From: a virus
Length of the DNA stretch: 64,000 nucleotides
Direction: 5' to 3' (one strand)
Virus record (IMG/VR): IMGVR_UViG_3300042449_001328
Location: 25,690-89,689 of that record
Below the pieces are notes generated by a model, which saw only the letters and a program-made list of their open reading frames with translations, did no database searches and was not told where the DNA came from. The translations under genes were made by a program, and so were the position numbers. Each line of letters starts with the position of its first letter. Within the stretch, counting starts at the first letter, position 1. Positions 29,040-38,112 of the stretch are shown here, in pieces.

Positions 29040-29140
29040 TTGTCTTTATTGTTTCTTTTAAAATCAACTACATCTTGCAATATCATAAATACCAAAATTG
29101 CCAACACAATAAAAAATTGAACAGTCAATGTATTTTTCAT
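29036..29140 (-). CDS. 34-aa single-pass membrane peptide
   Basis: MKNTLTVQFFIVLAILVFMILQDVVDFKRNNKDK; ATGA overlaps at both ends; below ORF-track cutoff. Confidence 0.55.
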   Translation of the reverse strand: MKNTLTVQFFIVLAILVFMILQDVVDFKRNNKDK

Positions 29141-29970
29141 AATCTTGCTTCTTTCCAATCAAATTTTTCTGGATCAAAATTTTCCATCCTGTCTTGATAC
29201 CAGTAGGCACTATTTTCTTCCGTACCGTTAAGTTTGCTGAATCGGCTAAATTCAGTTATATGCCCTGAACCTGGAATTTGATCGCTCAAATTATCCATTT
29301 GCTTTACACAACCTGGAACAAATGCAAAAGTATGCAATTTCTGTGAAATATTTATCATTGAATGATCAATGCCAATTGATTGAGGTAAAAATTCGTCCAG
29401 TAAAGATAATACTTTTTGAATCGAATTCCTATTTACAATGTAAGCGTAAGTACAAAAAGATCCGTAAGTACGAATCATTCTAGGATCATCTGTGAGTTCA
29501 GCGTCCCTGCCTAACTGTTCTTCTGGTTTTCTTTTCTCATCCCACCAAGGTTTCCCTATATGAAATGTTGCGCCAAGCCATACTGCATCCCACTTTCTTT
29601 CGATCTCTATTTTTTCTCCTAGATTGCAACATCTCCAATTATCAATATATTCTAATCTTTTTTCTAGGTCACTGCAAAATATTAAATCATCTTCCATTAC
29701 AAAAGCATGTTTATTTTGCTGTAATGCTTGCTTCATGATTTTTTCTTGGCTAAGATAGCAACCAATAGCACCCTTCTGAGGTCTAGCTAGCATAGCTTTC
29801 ATTTGATACGCTTTATAAGGCCACTCTTCTGGAGTCATTCCTTTTACTCTTACTGAATAACTAAATATATCAGGGAATCTATCAAACTGATTAAGCATGT
29901 GTTGCCTACGATCATTTCTATGATCAAGATTTACATAAGCAACTAAACTGTCTTTTATCAATTGCATCAT
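29137..29970 (-). CDS. Glycosyltransferase family 25-like
   Basis: YVNLDHRNDRR, GAIGCYLSQ, FVMEDD, TYAYIVN, IGID. Confidence 0.85.
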   Translation of the reverse strand: MMQLIKDSLVAYVNLDHRNDRRQHMLNQFDRFPDIFSYSVRVKGMTPEEWPYKAYQMKAMLARPQKGAIGCYLSQEKIMKQALQQNKHAFVMEDDLIFCSDLEKRLEYIDNWRCCNLGEKIEIERKWDAVWLGATFHIGKPWWDEKRKPEEQLGRDAELTDDPRMIRTYGSFCTYAYIVNRNSIQKVLSLLDEFLPQSIGIDHSMINISQKLHTFAFVPGCVKQMDNLSDQIPGSGHITEFSRFSKLNGTEENSAYWYQDRMENFDPEKFDWKEARL

Positions 29971-31199
29971 ATTGTCTTTTTTATTAATACTTGGTAGTCT
30001 CTTACTAGGATTTCTAGGTTTCCTTTGTTTTTATCTAAGAATTTATCGATGCCTGTTTTTGTTTCTTTGCTCTGACCATAGTCATCGAATAGCATGTATC
30101 CATTTAACCGCAAAACATTGAATGAAAATTCTGCGTCCATAAATACACCCTCCTCAGTGTGGTCGCCATCTACATAAACAAAGTCAAACAAGTATTGTGA
30201 TAAGTAATTATAAGCCTCTGAACTTTTTTTTCTTACAAGCTCTATTGGTTGCCCTTTTGTGTTTTTTATAAAACGCTCATATTGGCCTTTAAACATCTCA
30301 TTATCTTTATGATCTGGCAGATATATATCTGTCAAAGGGTCTACGCAAATGAGCCTACTGCCGTCAACATCTTTGTTCAGCAAACAATCACAAATGTGGT
30401 TTGAACTTAATCCTTCAAAACAACCTATTTCTAAAGCCAGGTGTACTTTACCTTTTAGGAATTCAGTATTTTTCTTAAATTCACTGTTCCAAAGCTGAGT
30501 GTACTCATACCTACCTATCTCTAGGTAACTTATGATGTAATTCTCTGCATGATAATCTTCCACAAACTCCCCTGCTTTTACTTCATTAAAGTATTTACCG
30601 TCCCAACCCCACACCTTGTAACCAAAATCATTTACTAGCTCAATGATTGGTTTGAAAGTAAATCCACCTACTTTATAGTGTTCACTGTATTCGATCTGGA
30701 TGAACTTGACTTGTTTTTCTTTTAAAATTCTTTTAGCACCATCTATGACTAGTTTTTCAGCACCCTCTACATCTATCTTGATTATATCTATTTCAAGTAC
30801 TTCAAAAATATTATCAAGTGTTGAACTATGTATTGTCTTTCTTTTTCTATCCAAAATTTCCTTTTCCCATTTTTTATTATTTAGAATAGAAGACAGACCT
30901 GAATGTTTATTGTCCCAATGATAAAAATCAACTAATTCTTCTTTATCAGAAATAGCATTTGACCTAAATATGATATTGGGATTATAGCTATATTTTACTT
31001 CCTGATAGCTTCTTAACTTATCATTGGGCTCTACTGAAATAACATTATATTTCAACGCTTCAGTGGACGTATCTCTATAATCTATTAAAGCATCAAACCA
31101 TTCGCCTTTATGGCTGCCTACATCAACAATTAGCCAAAATGGATTAAAGTATTGTGTTAAACTGAGTACCATCTCAGCTTCTTGTTTAGCTATTGCCAT
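29967..31199 (-). CDS. Double methyltransferase (FkbM domain fused to Methyltransf_24-like domain)
   Basis: VDVGSHKG...KIDVEGAE..IQIEY, then LEIGCFEG...YVDGDH...MLFDDY. Confidence 0.85.
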   Translation of the reverse strand: MAIAKQEAEMVLSLTQYFNPFWLIVDVGSHKGEWFDALIDYRDTSTEALKYNVISVEPNDKLRSYQEVKYSYNPNIIFRSNAISDKEELVDFYHWDNKHSGLSSILNNKKWEKEILDRKRKTIHSSTLDNIFEVLEIDIIKIDVEGAEKLVIDGAKRILKEKQVKFIQIEYSEHYKVGGFTFKPIIELVNDFGYKVWGWDGKYFNEVKAGEFVEDYHAENYIISYLEIGRYEYTQLWNSEFKKNTEFLKGKVHLALEIGCFEGLSSNHICDCLLNKDVDGSRLICVDPLTDIYLPDHKDNEMFKGQYERFIKNTKGQPIELVRKKSSEAYNYLSQYLFDFVYVDGDHTEEGVFMDAEFSFNVLRLNGYMLFDDYGQSKETKTGIDKFLDKNKGNLEILVRDYQVLIKKTI

Positions 31200-32167
31200 T
31201 TATTTGCTTGAGATTTAATCCAATCGTAAGTCAACTTAATTCCTTCTTCAAGTGAGTATTTAGGTTTCCATCCTAACTCTTTTTCTATCAACGTGTTATC
31301 TGAGTTTCTGCCTCTAACACCTTGAGGTTTAGTTAAATCATTTGCTATTGAAAGATTTTTGCCGCTTATTTTGATAATAAGTTTAGCTAAATCGTTAATG
31401 GAGATAACTTCATCGCTGCCTATGTTTATAGGTTCAGTAAAATTACTATTCATCAATCTTTCTACTCCCTCTAAGCACTCGCTAATAAAAAGAAAACTTC
31501 TCACTTGAGAACCATCCCCCCATATTTCTATAGCATCCCCATTTTTTGCTTGTGCAACTTTACGTGCAATTGCAGCAGGAGCTTTTTCTTTTCCACCATC
31601 CCAAATCCCTTCATGTCCAAAAATATTATGAAAACGAGCAATTCTAACATCTAAATTATGTGATTGAGTTGCCGCTTTATACATTAATTCACTCATTAAC
31701 TTCTGCCACCCATAGATCAAGTCAGGCATTGCAGGGAACACATCGGATTCTTTTAAAGAAATGTTTTGCACCCCTTCTTGTAAATACATATTGTACACAC
31801 AAGCGGAACTGCTATAAAATGATTTCTTTACTTTATGGGCAATACTGCAATCAATTACATTAGCAACAATCTGTGTTGATCCAGTCATAATATCATGACT
31901 GTGTTTAGTGTCACCTATATAACCCATTCCGCCCATCAAACAAGCTAGGTTGTAAACTTCATCTATCCCATTTTTTAAATGAAATGAATTAAACACTTCC
32001 CTACACTGTAGTTGGTTTCTCAAATCCCTATTGAAGAATAAATGAGGCTTTTCGTATTTAGGTTCAACTATATCAACGCCAACAACAAAGTGGCCTTGTT
32101 GCTTTAATTTCCTGACTAAGTGGCTGCCAATGAATCCAGAAGATCCTGTGACAATAATATTTTTCAT
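31190..32167 (-). CDS. GDP-mannose 3,5-epimerase-like extended SDR
   Basis: TGSSGFIGSH, NLACLMGGMGYI, YSSSACVY, YGWQK, RFHNIFG, GGKEKAPAA, GVRGRNSDNTLI match the GME subfamily. Confidence 0.85.
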   Translation of the reverse strand: MKNIIVTGSSGFIGSHLVRKLKQQGHFVVGVDIVEPKYEKPHLFFNRDLRNQLQCREVFNSFHLKNGIDEVYNLACLMGGMGYIGDTKHSHDIMTGSTQIVANVIDCSIAHKVKKSFYSSSACVYNMYLQEGVQNISLKESDVFPAMPDLIYGWQKLMSELMYKAATQSHNLDVRIARFHNIFGHEGIWDGGKEKAPAAIARKVAQAKNGDAIEIWGDGSQVRSFLFISECLEGVERLMNSNFTEPINIGSDEVISINDLAKLIIKISGKNLSIANDLTKPQGVRGRNSDNTLIEKELGWKPKYSLEEGIKLTYDWIKSQANKWQ

Positions 32168-32187
32168 ATCTGAACTTTTAATATTCG

Positions 32188-32928
32188 TTAAATTCTAATC
32201 CACTCTTTAGGGACAATCTCTTCCGTCCATTCATTACTGTGCGATTCTGTCAACCATCGTTTCGGCACTATCACTTTTTTATTTGGGTTTTGATTTAACC
32301 AAGCTCCCCACCACGAGAATGTACTGGCACTGTTTATGTGATGCTCGCATTGGCTAATTTGCTGTAAGTCCGTTAACTCATTTTGCCTTACTGAAAAAGA
32401 GCAATCTTTTCTTCCTCCAAACTCTCTTTGACACCATTCTATGTCGTCACTAAAGAAGTAAAATTCTTTTCCTTTAAATAAATCCATTGCATTTTCATAC
32501 CACTCTTTGGTGACTAGGGGATGTTTGTGTTGTAAAGTCAAATAATCGCCCCTCCTTACGTGAACTGATACAGTATCTTCTTGATGTTTGTTGTATTGAA
32601 ATCCCAGTGTTTCAATTATTTCTTTCCTGTAATCTTGGAAGTATTTTGGGTTCTGGAAGTAGCCTCTCAATAAGATATTTTGACTTCTATATGATTGATC
32701 AAATGGTAACTTGTCGTATCTGTAATATTGCTGTTCAACGATTATTCGATCTATATCACTAAAGTTTGTTGTAGGCAATCCTCCCATACTGTAAATTGGA
32801 TCGTGATATTGATCATTTGTTACTCCAGGCAGATATACTGAAAAACCATGTTCTAATCCGTAAGCTATTGCTGTGGCTACACAAAACAACCAGTTTCCCA
32901 ATCTGCCTTGCGGCTTAAATGTTACCAT
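32188..32928 (-). CDS. GT11 alpha-1,2-fucosyltransferase-family glycosyltransferase
   Basis: GRLGNWLF, GYFQ, VHVRRGDY, FSDD, STFSWWGAWL. Confidence 0.9.
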   Translation of the reverse strand: MVTFKPQGRLGNWLFCVATAIAYGLEHGFSVYLPGVTNDQYHDPIYSMGGLPTTNFSDIDRIIVEQQYYRYDKLPFDQSYRSQNILLRGYFQNPKYFQDYRKEIIETLGFQYNKHQEDTVSVHVRRGDYLTLQHKHPLVTKEWYENAMDLFKGKEFYFFSDDIEWCQREFGGRKDCSFSVRQNELTDLQQISQCEHHINSASTFSWWGAWLNQNPNKKVIVPKRWLTESHSNEWTEEIVPKEWIRI

Positions 32929-33155
32929 TACAATTCTACGTTAAATACTTTAAGATTTGTAAATTGTCCGCCAGAAGCTACCCAATATCCTTGTACCATA
33001 ATTGGGGTTGACCAATTGTTGATTATAGTATTTGTTAACAAGGTGTATTCCTTCCACTCAGGTATCAATTTGCTGATCTTTTCAATAAACTCTCCAAGAT
33101 TAACTTCTCCTTCTATCTTGATTGTTTTAGCTGTGTCGTTAATTTGTAGTTTCAC
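32928..33155 (-). CDS. Hypothetical protein (N-terminus similar to 51223-51576)
   Basis: LQINDTAKTIKIEGEV...LIP-EWKEYTL vs VLIDTSTKIITLGQEL...IFPNDEWENYLI. Confidence 0.55.
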   Translation of the reverse strand: MKLQINDTAKTIKIEGEVNLGEFIEKISKLIPEWKEYTLLTNTIINNWSTPIMVQGYWVASGGQFTNLKVFNVEL

Positions 33156-33158
33156 GTC

Positions 33159-33857
33159 TTATTTCATTTCTCTAATTTTGCCCATCAATACTTCAAATAA
33201 ATTACCTGTCTTATGTACATTGTTCTTATAGTGAGACCCTGAATGAACAAGGTGGTCATATCTCATGTTTGGCACAACGTATATTGAATTTCCTGCTTTT
33301 AGCCAATTATAATTTTGGAGTATCGTATCACTGGTATGAGGATCAATTGATCCATCCCACACGCGCAAATATTCGTCACGGTTGACAAAATAGTTCATGG
33401 CATTGATCATCCACAAGAAAGGTTTTATATCAGTGTAATTGGCCACGTTGTATTTTGAAATCACTTGACCTGACATTTGCCTGAAATCAAACAATGGTCT
33501 AGCAAATTCAGGTTGTAAGATTACTGATTTGTCCCATACTGGAGTCCTGTATATTGCATCTAAGTAATCAGTACCTATTTTATTGTCACTGTCCAAAATA
33601 ATTACCCATTTGTTTTCTGCTTTTGAAATTGCTTCTCTCTTGTTCTTGTAGCAATCTAGGTTTTTATCGTTGCGATATAACTTGATCTTGTTTAGGTTTA
33701 TAGCTTCCAACTTAGCTTGTAAGCTGTAAAAATTTTCTAAAGCACTGTGGTCATCAACTATTACTATTTCTGAAATCCTTTCATCGTACATTACGTCTTC
33801 AATGGCATTTATAACCATATCGGTACGATTCCATACAGTTAGGCAAAGTGAAATCAT
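33159..33857 (-). CDS. GT2-family glycosyltransferase
   Basis: ISLCLTVWNR, EIVIVDDHS, WVIILDSDN (DxD). Confidence 0.85.
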   Translation of the reverse strand: MISLCLTVWNRTDMVINAIEDVMYDERISEIVIVDDHSALENFYSLQAKLEAINLNKIKLYRNDKNLDCYKNKREAISKAENKWVIILDSDNKIGTDYLDAIYRTPVWDKSVILQPEFARPLFDFRQMSGQVISKYNVANYTDIKPFLWMINAMNYFVNRDEYLRVWDGSIDPHTSDTILQNYNWLKAGNSIYVVPNMRYDHLVHSGSHYKNNVHKTGNLFEVLMGKIREMK

Positions 33858-34255
33858 TTCTTAAATAGATTAACAATATTTTCTGTTCCTACTGGATTCA
33901 TAGAATGTACAAATAACACAGGGTATTCCAGCTTTTCTTGGTCATAAACTTGTTTAAAGTATTTAGCAGCATGAAAACCTGTTTTATTAAAATCATCAGA
34001 ATTGAAGTCTTCTGAGTTGTAATTAATTACTCCTTTCTGCATATTTTTATGATAGTGTCCATCTGCTAAGTCATGATCAAAAGATATATGAGTTATTTTA
34101 CCTTTGAACTTATCAATCACTTTAACAAATTCTGGATAGTTTCTTACTACATTCCAATCATAATCAAGGTAAGTATAAGTAAGTTTTCCTATTCTTTTTC
34201 CCATATATTCAATACAATCAGTAGGAATGCGTATATCATCTAAGAAAATTTTCAT
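33854..34255 (-). CDS. Cyclic-phosphate-processing receiver-like (cREC) protein
   Basis: KIFLDDIR.P, W.VVRNY.EF, ISFDHDL, KTG, VHSMNPVG. Confidence 0.75.
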   Translation of the reverse strand: MKIFLDDIRIPTDCIEYMGKRIGKLTYTYLDYDWNVVRNYPEFVKVIDKFKGKITHISFDHDLADGHYHKNMQKGVINYNSEDFNSDDFNKTGFHAAKYFKQVYDQEKLEYPVLFVHSMNPVGTENIVNLFKK

Positions 34256-35019
34256 ATATCTATTTGTATCCAGTTATCTTCAACTATATCTTCTGCTGTC
34301 AAATGTTCTTTATATTTGTCACTGAACCAAGTGTGCTTACTGGGGCATATTACTGTACCTCCGTATCTTGAATGTGTGTTAAGGTCTAGGTAAGCACCCC
34401 ACCAACTAAAAGTGCTGTTAGTTATGATGTGGTGAATACACGAAGTCATTTCTGTTAACGCTGATTTGGGGTCTTGTTTGTCACTTATTGTAAACCTATC
34501 TCCTTTGAAGTTTTCTTTTGCCCAAACAATATCGTCTGTAAAAATCAATACTTTATATCTATCTGGGAAATGCTCAATAGCATCATGAAAATACTTTAAT
34601 GAAGGTTGATTTAATCTCTCATTGGAAAGTGAATCGCCACGCCTAATGTGCATTGATATTGTCTCATTCAATCTTTGTTCGTACTTAGGTAGTTGAAATG
34701 CTTCAATTACTTTAACCAGATAATCTTCAAAATATTTTGAAGACTGAAAGTATCCAACTAGGTAATTTGCAGATTGAGGTATCTCAAAATACCTGCCAAA
34801 TTTTTCTTCTCTATAAAAGCCGTTTATTGGCAAAGGGTATTCATGCAAGGTAGATAAGTGAGGGAACATCATTGGGAATTGATCTCTCTTACCACTTCTT
34901 TGAGGAAACACATATTGCTTTTTATGTCTCAACGAATGAGCTATCACTGCTGCGATCTGGAACATTTGGTTGCCCATTTGCCCCATCAACTTGCAGTAAA
35001 TCGTGTTTTCTTTAATCAC
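34252..35019 (-). CDS. GT11 alpha-1,2-fucosyltransferase-family glycosyltransferase
   Basis: GQMGNQMFQ, GYFQS, MHIRRGD, FTDD, NSTFSWWGAYL. Confidence 0.9.
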   Translation of the reverse strand: MIKENTIYCKLMGQMGNQMFQIAAVIAHSLRHKKQYVFPQRSGKRDQFPMMFPHLSTLHEYPLPINGFYREEKFGRYFEIPQSANYLVGYFQSSKYFEDYLVKVIEAFQLPKYEQRLNETISMHIRRGDSLSNERLNQPSLKYFHDAIEHFPDRYKVLIFTDDIVWAKENFKGDRFTISDKQDPKSALTEMTSCIHHIITNSTFSWWGAYLDLNTHSRYGGTVICPSKHTWFSDKYKEHLTAEDIVEDNWIQIDI

Positions 35020-35065
35020 GCAGTAAAATTAATAAAATTTTTTATAATTGAAAATTTTATTTTTG

Positions 35066-35189
35066 TTGACCAGATAGGAGTCGAACCTATAATGAGGCGG
35101 TTGTTAGGCAATAAGCCGAGCAGTGCTATTTTAAAACGCTTACTCTATTACTAACTTACCACTGTGTTTGCCAGTTTCACCACTAGTCA
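35066..35189 (-). ncRNA. tRNA-like RNA with greatly extended anticodon arm (124 nt)
   Basis: Acceptor TGACTAG/CTGGTCA, Leu-type D arm GTG-AAACTGGCAAA-CAC, T arm ATAGG-TTCGACT-CCTAT, stem GTGGT/ACCGC enclosing about 56 nt. Confidence 0.7.
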
Positions 35190-35196
35190 ATTTTTG

Positions 35197-35611
35197 TGGA
35201 CCTGAGCGGATTCGAACCGCTGTCCAGATAGCATACAATACCACGATTACTTACAGCTTGTTTGGTTTAAGTCCAACAACTCACTTTTAGGGCTACCAGC
35301 AGTTTTTCAACTACCTACAACCTCCACCATTCGATTGCCATTACTTCTTTTGTGTCATATCGAAAATCCCCTTTGTTTTACTCATTAAGCAGCAAGCTCT
35401 AATTCTTGCTCTGCTTCAACTCTATTAAAGTTAAAGGCTGAGAAATCAAAACCTACTTTTGCATCTTGACGATTGCCAATAGTACCACCTAGGATACTGT
35501 TAGCGATTAATTGATTGTCAATTGTTTGTGTATGCATATTTTCAGTAGGTACAGCATACTTCCCTACGCTGATTGTGTTACCAATTACTACTGTCAATTC
35601 CTGTCAGGCCC
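35197..35611 (-). ncRNA. ssrA: tmRNA
   Basis: 5' GGGCCTGACAGGAATTGACAG; 3' GGACAGCGG-TTCGAAT-CCGCT-CAGGTCC-A; G3:U alanine pair; internal frame ending ELELAA-TAA-TGA. Confidence 0.92.
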
Positions 35612-35617
35612 ATTTAT

Positions 35618-35666
35618 TTTAAAGAACGTTTTTCTATTTTAGTCGTTTATTGAGGACATAAAATTA
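35618..35666 (-). promoter_or_regulatory. Promoter (TAATTTTA) plus boxA-like element upstream of tmRNA
   Basis: TAATTTTA at 35659-35666, then CGTTCTTTAAAA a few nt before the tmRNA 5' end. Confidence 0.55.
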
Positions 35667-35693
35667 CTACTTATCGATCAAATAAAAAAATTT

Positions 35694-36317
35694 TTAACTA
35701 TTTATTTTTACACTGTTTGCTCTATTCAGCCAGCCTTCCAAAAACCTTGATTGAGTACTGTCTTTCTTGACCAATTGTTGATAGAATTCATATCTGTCTT
35801 TTTTTAACCTATCTAACAATGTTTTGCTAGGGATTTTGTTTATTGTCTCAATATCCTCAACTGTTATCTTATTGTCCAATTTAAGCCCCTTCAATTCAAA
35901 CAATGCTTTCTCCAACATCTTGACAAATAATGTTGGTCCGTTGACCCTAAAGTCAAAAAGATAATCTGCTACTTGTTGATTGTCTAGTTCATACCACCCT
36001 TCTTTCACCCAAATGTCAAGATAATAATCAAGTACCCAAAATTCAGCCTCTGGAACTAGGTCATGCCTTTCTCTTTTGCTTTTGTCTATGTGTCTCCAGC
36101 CGTACCAATCTTTGTTCCATTTCTTTGTTATGCCAGCATAGGTCTCACCCCCTCTATCAAGTGGGTCGTTTACGTAGTTGCCTTCATAAGACCTTATGTA
36201 AGAGTATGTCAATCTAAAATCTGCCTTATATCTCTTTAATTCATTTTTTGAAACTAAAACATTGTTTGCTTTAATAGCGACTATTAAAAACAGTATAGTT
36301 AGTATTAGTTTTTTCAT
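35694..36317 (-). CDS. GH108 lysozyme-like endolysin with N-terminal signal/anchor and PG-binding C-terminus
   Basis: EGNYVNDPLDRGGETYAGIT; FDFRVNG; RFLEGWLNRA; hydrophobic N-terminus. Confidence 0.88.
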   Translation of the reverse strand: MKKLILTILFLIVAIKANNVLVSKNELKRYKADFRLTYSYIRSYEGNYVNDPLDRGGETYAGITKKWNKDWYGWRHIDKSKRERHDLVPEAEFWVLDYYLDIWVKEGWYELDNQQVADYLFDFRVNGPTLFVKMLEKALFELKGLKLDNKITVEDIETINKIPSKTLLDRLKKDRYEFYQQLVKKDSTQSRFLEGWLNRANSVKINS

Positions 36318-36330
36318 TTAATGTTTTTAG

Positions 36331-36403
36331 ATCCGATGGACGGGTTCGAACCGACAACCTTCTGCTTACAAGGCAGTAGCTCTTCCACATGAGCTTCATC
36401 GGA
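36331..36403 (-). tRNA. tRNA-Thr(UGU), slightly non-canonical, no encoded CCA
   Basis: TCCGATG/CATCGGA acceptor, GCTC/GAGC D stem, CTGC-CTTGTAA-GCAG, GTCGG-TTCGAAC-CCGTC; A at position 8 and mismatches in anticodon and T stems. Confidence 0.8.
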
Positions 36404-36410
36404 TTGTGGC

Positions 36411-36448
36411 TAAAAAATAAGAGGCTTAAACTTTCGTTTAAACCTCTC
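36411..36448 (-). terminator. Intrinsic terminator-like hairpin
   Basis: AGAGGTTTAAAC-GAAA-GTTTAAGCCTCT-TATTTTTT. Confidence 0.7.
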
Positions 36449-36473
36449 AAAACACAACACACATTTGTCTTGC

Positions 36474-36674
36474 TTATCGAGATAAGACGCTAAGTCTACC
36501 TGTAAAATTACCTCCTATGTTCCTAATGTCCCGCTTCACTTCAAAATCATTTCCTTTCTTCTCCACTTCCCAGCTCTCTAAAGATGTTTCTACATTTAAT
36601 GAATCCAGCTTCTCCTCAAATAAGGAGTTTGGTTTACTAAGGTTTTCATTTGTTTCTTTTTCAACGCTGTTCAT
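36474..36674 (-). CDS. Hypothetical protein
   Basis: 66 aa, promoter motif at 36683-36694, terminator after stop. Confidence 0.6.
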   Translation of the reverse strand: MNSVEKETNENLSKPNSLFEEKLDSLNVETSLESWEVEKKGNDFEVKRDIRNIGGNFTGRLSVLSR

Positions 36675-36715
36675 AACAGCAGTAAAATTACTAATTTTTT
36701 ATAAATTGTCAAAAT

Positions 36716-36940
36716 TTAATTTCTTTGCCATCCGTTTATAAATCCTCCTAAATGTTTCCTGACTACCCCTATTTCGTCTGATAGACAATACTTGTTGCTT
36801 CTATTGAATACAGATATAAATTTTTTAGGGTCAGGATGATTTTCCAATATCTCCCTTATGGTTTTATCTTTGAACTTATTTATGTTTGCGTTGTTCAACA
36901 AGTCCTCTGGATATATATCGTCTTCGTAAATAATTGTCAT
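36716..36940 (-). CDS. Hypothetical protein (start revised to ATG 36940)
   Basis: MTIIYEDD...; ATGA overlap with upstream membrane ORF. Confidence 0.5.
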   Translation of the reverse strand: MTIIYEDDIYPEDLLNNANINKFKDKTIREILENHPDPKKFISVFNRSNKYCLSDEIGVVRKHLGGFINGWQRN

Positions 36941-37110
36941 CCCACTATTATAAAGTAAATACACCAGCCGATTATTTCTATTACAGTTGAAACAAATATA
37001 CCTGACACGACAGGATAATGCCATTTGTATTTTAATGTGAGATCGTCTCTCCAGAGCCAAATTATTAAAAAAATTGTAATTGCCAAAACATACAATGCTA
37101 TGTGTCTCAT
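36937..37110 (-). CDS. 57-aa two-TM membrane protein
   Basis: MRHIALYVLAITIFLIIWLW...VVSGIFVSTVIEIIGWCIYFIIVG; not in ORF track. Confidence 0.55.
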   Translation of the reverse strand: MRHIALYVLAITIFLIIWLWRDDLTLKYKWHYPVVSGIFVSTVIEIIGWCIYFIIVG

Positions 37111-37116
37111 GTTTTT

Positions 37117-37975
37117 TTAATTTTGGGTTAACTTTTCATCTGAAAACGATACCACGCACTTAAATTCCCCATCAAGTTCTTCGTACAGTGTTTTGATTTG
37201 CTGACGTGTAAACATCCTGTCCTCTGGCTGTTCAATGCTAGCTTGGGGTATCTCCATCTCGTACCAATATGATTGAATTCCTACGCTAAGGTCCCCTGAA
37301 AAATAGATGTATGCTTTCATCTTGTTGGCATTTTAAAATCCTTCAAACTTAATCCTTTTGTGATACTCCACAAAGTAAATCTTGATTTATTACTTCTGAA
37401 CAATGCAATGGATTCATTTGCATCTTGCAATGTCTCTTTTTCAAATGAAATGAAATCCTTGTATTCCCCTTGTGGGGAATTAGGATTGTGGTAGGTGTAT
37501 ATTTTGGTCATTGTGTGTTTTAGTTTTCTTGTTCTTAAATAAATTACTGTACTGTAGTTCTCCGTTCTTGACTACCTTAAATCTAGTGTGCAGACTAATC
37601 GGTCTTAGGAATTCTATTTTTCTTTTCTCAGCATAGCACATGGCTTTTGGTTTATTGGTCATGTGTGTCTGATGCTTTATGAAAGTTCTGGCTCGGTGAT
37701 CAAACCAGAACTCTACTAGGTCATGGAGTTGCATTTTATTCCACTCTTTTTATTTGGCCTAGGCTATCTGCATTATCACGATTAAAATGCAATTGGATTC
37801 TTTCTCCAACTTTGAGGTCAAGAACTCTATCAAGATGTTCTTGCAAAGCATACTTCCATTCATCATTTGAATCTTCCAATATCTCAGACAAGGAGGGGAA
37901 TTGTGTAACGGCAGCAGTGCCTTCAATAAAGGCTACTACATACTTTCTTTTAGATGGCAAATGTGTGTTTTTCAT
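37117..37975 (-). other. Cassette of four small hypothetical genes (37117-37320, 37317-37511, 37480-37734, 37736-37975), probably early
   Basis: Tiled minus-strand ORFs behind a TATATTTA box and conserved upstream element. Confidence 0.6.
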
Positions 37976-37999
37976 TTTTGTGTGTGTTTAATTATGGTA

Positions 38000-38110
38000 T
38001 AAATATATAATCTATTTCCTGTATCAGAAAACATTTTACTGTATTTATTTTCATTAAATACGTAACTACTTGATAATCAATTCAATTGATTTTACTAAGG
38101 TTTTTAGTAA
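38000..38110 (-). promoter_or_regulatory. Putative early promoter: TATATTTA box plus 57-nt upstream element, copy 1
   Basis: 38054-38110 matches 60702-60758 at 46/57 nt with identical spacing to the box. Confidence 0.7.
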
Positions 38111-38112
38111 TT

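Noticed and set aside
35385-35597. 70-aa ORF ending ELELAA
   Set aside because: Lies wholly inside tmRNA; only its 3' part is the tag frame
36271-36462. 63-aa minus-strand ORF
   Set aside because: Spans tRNA-Thr and a terminator
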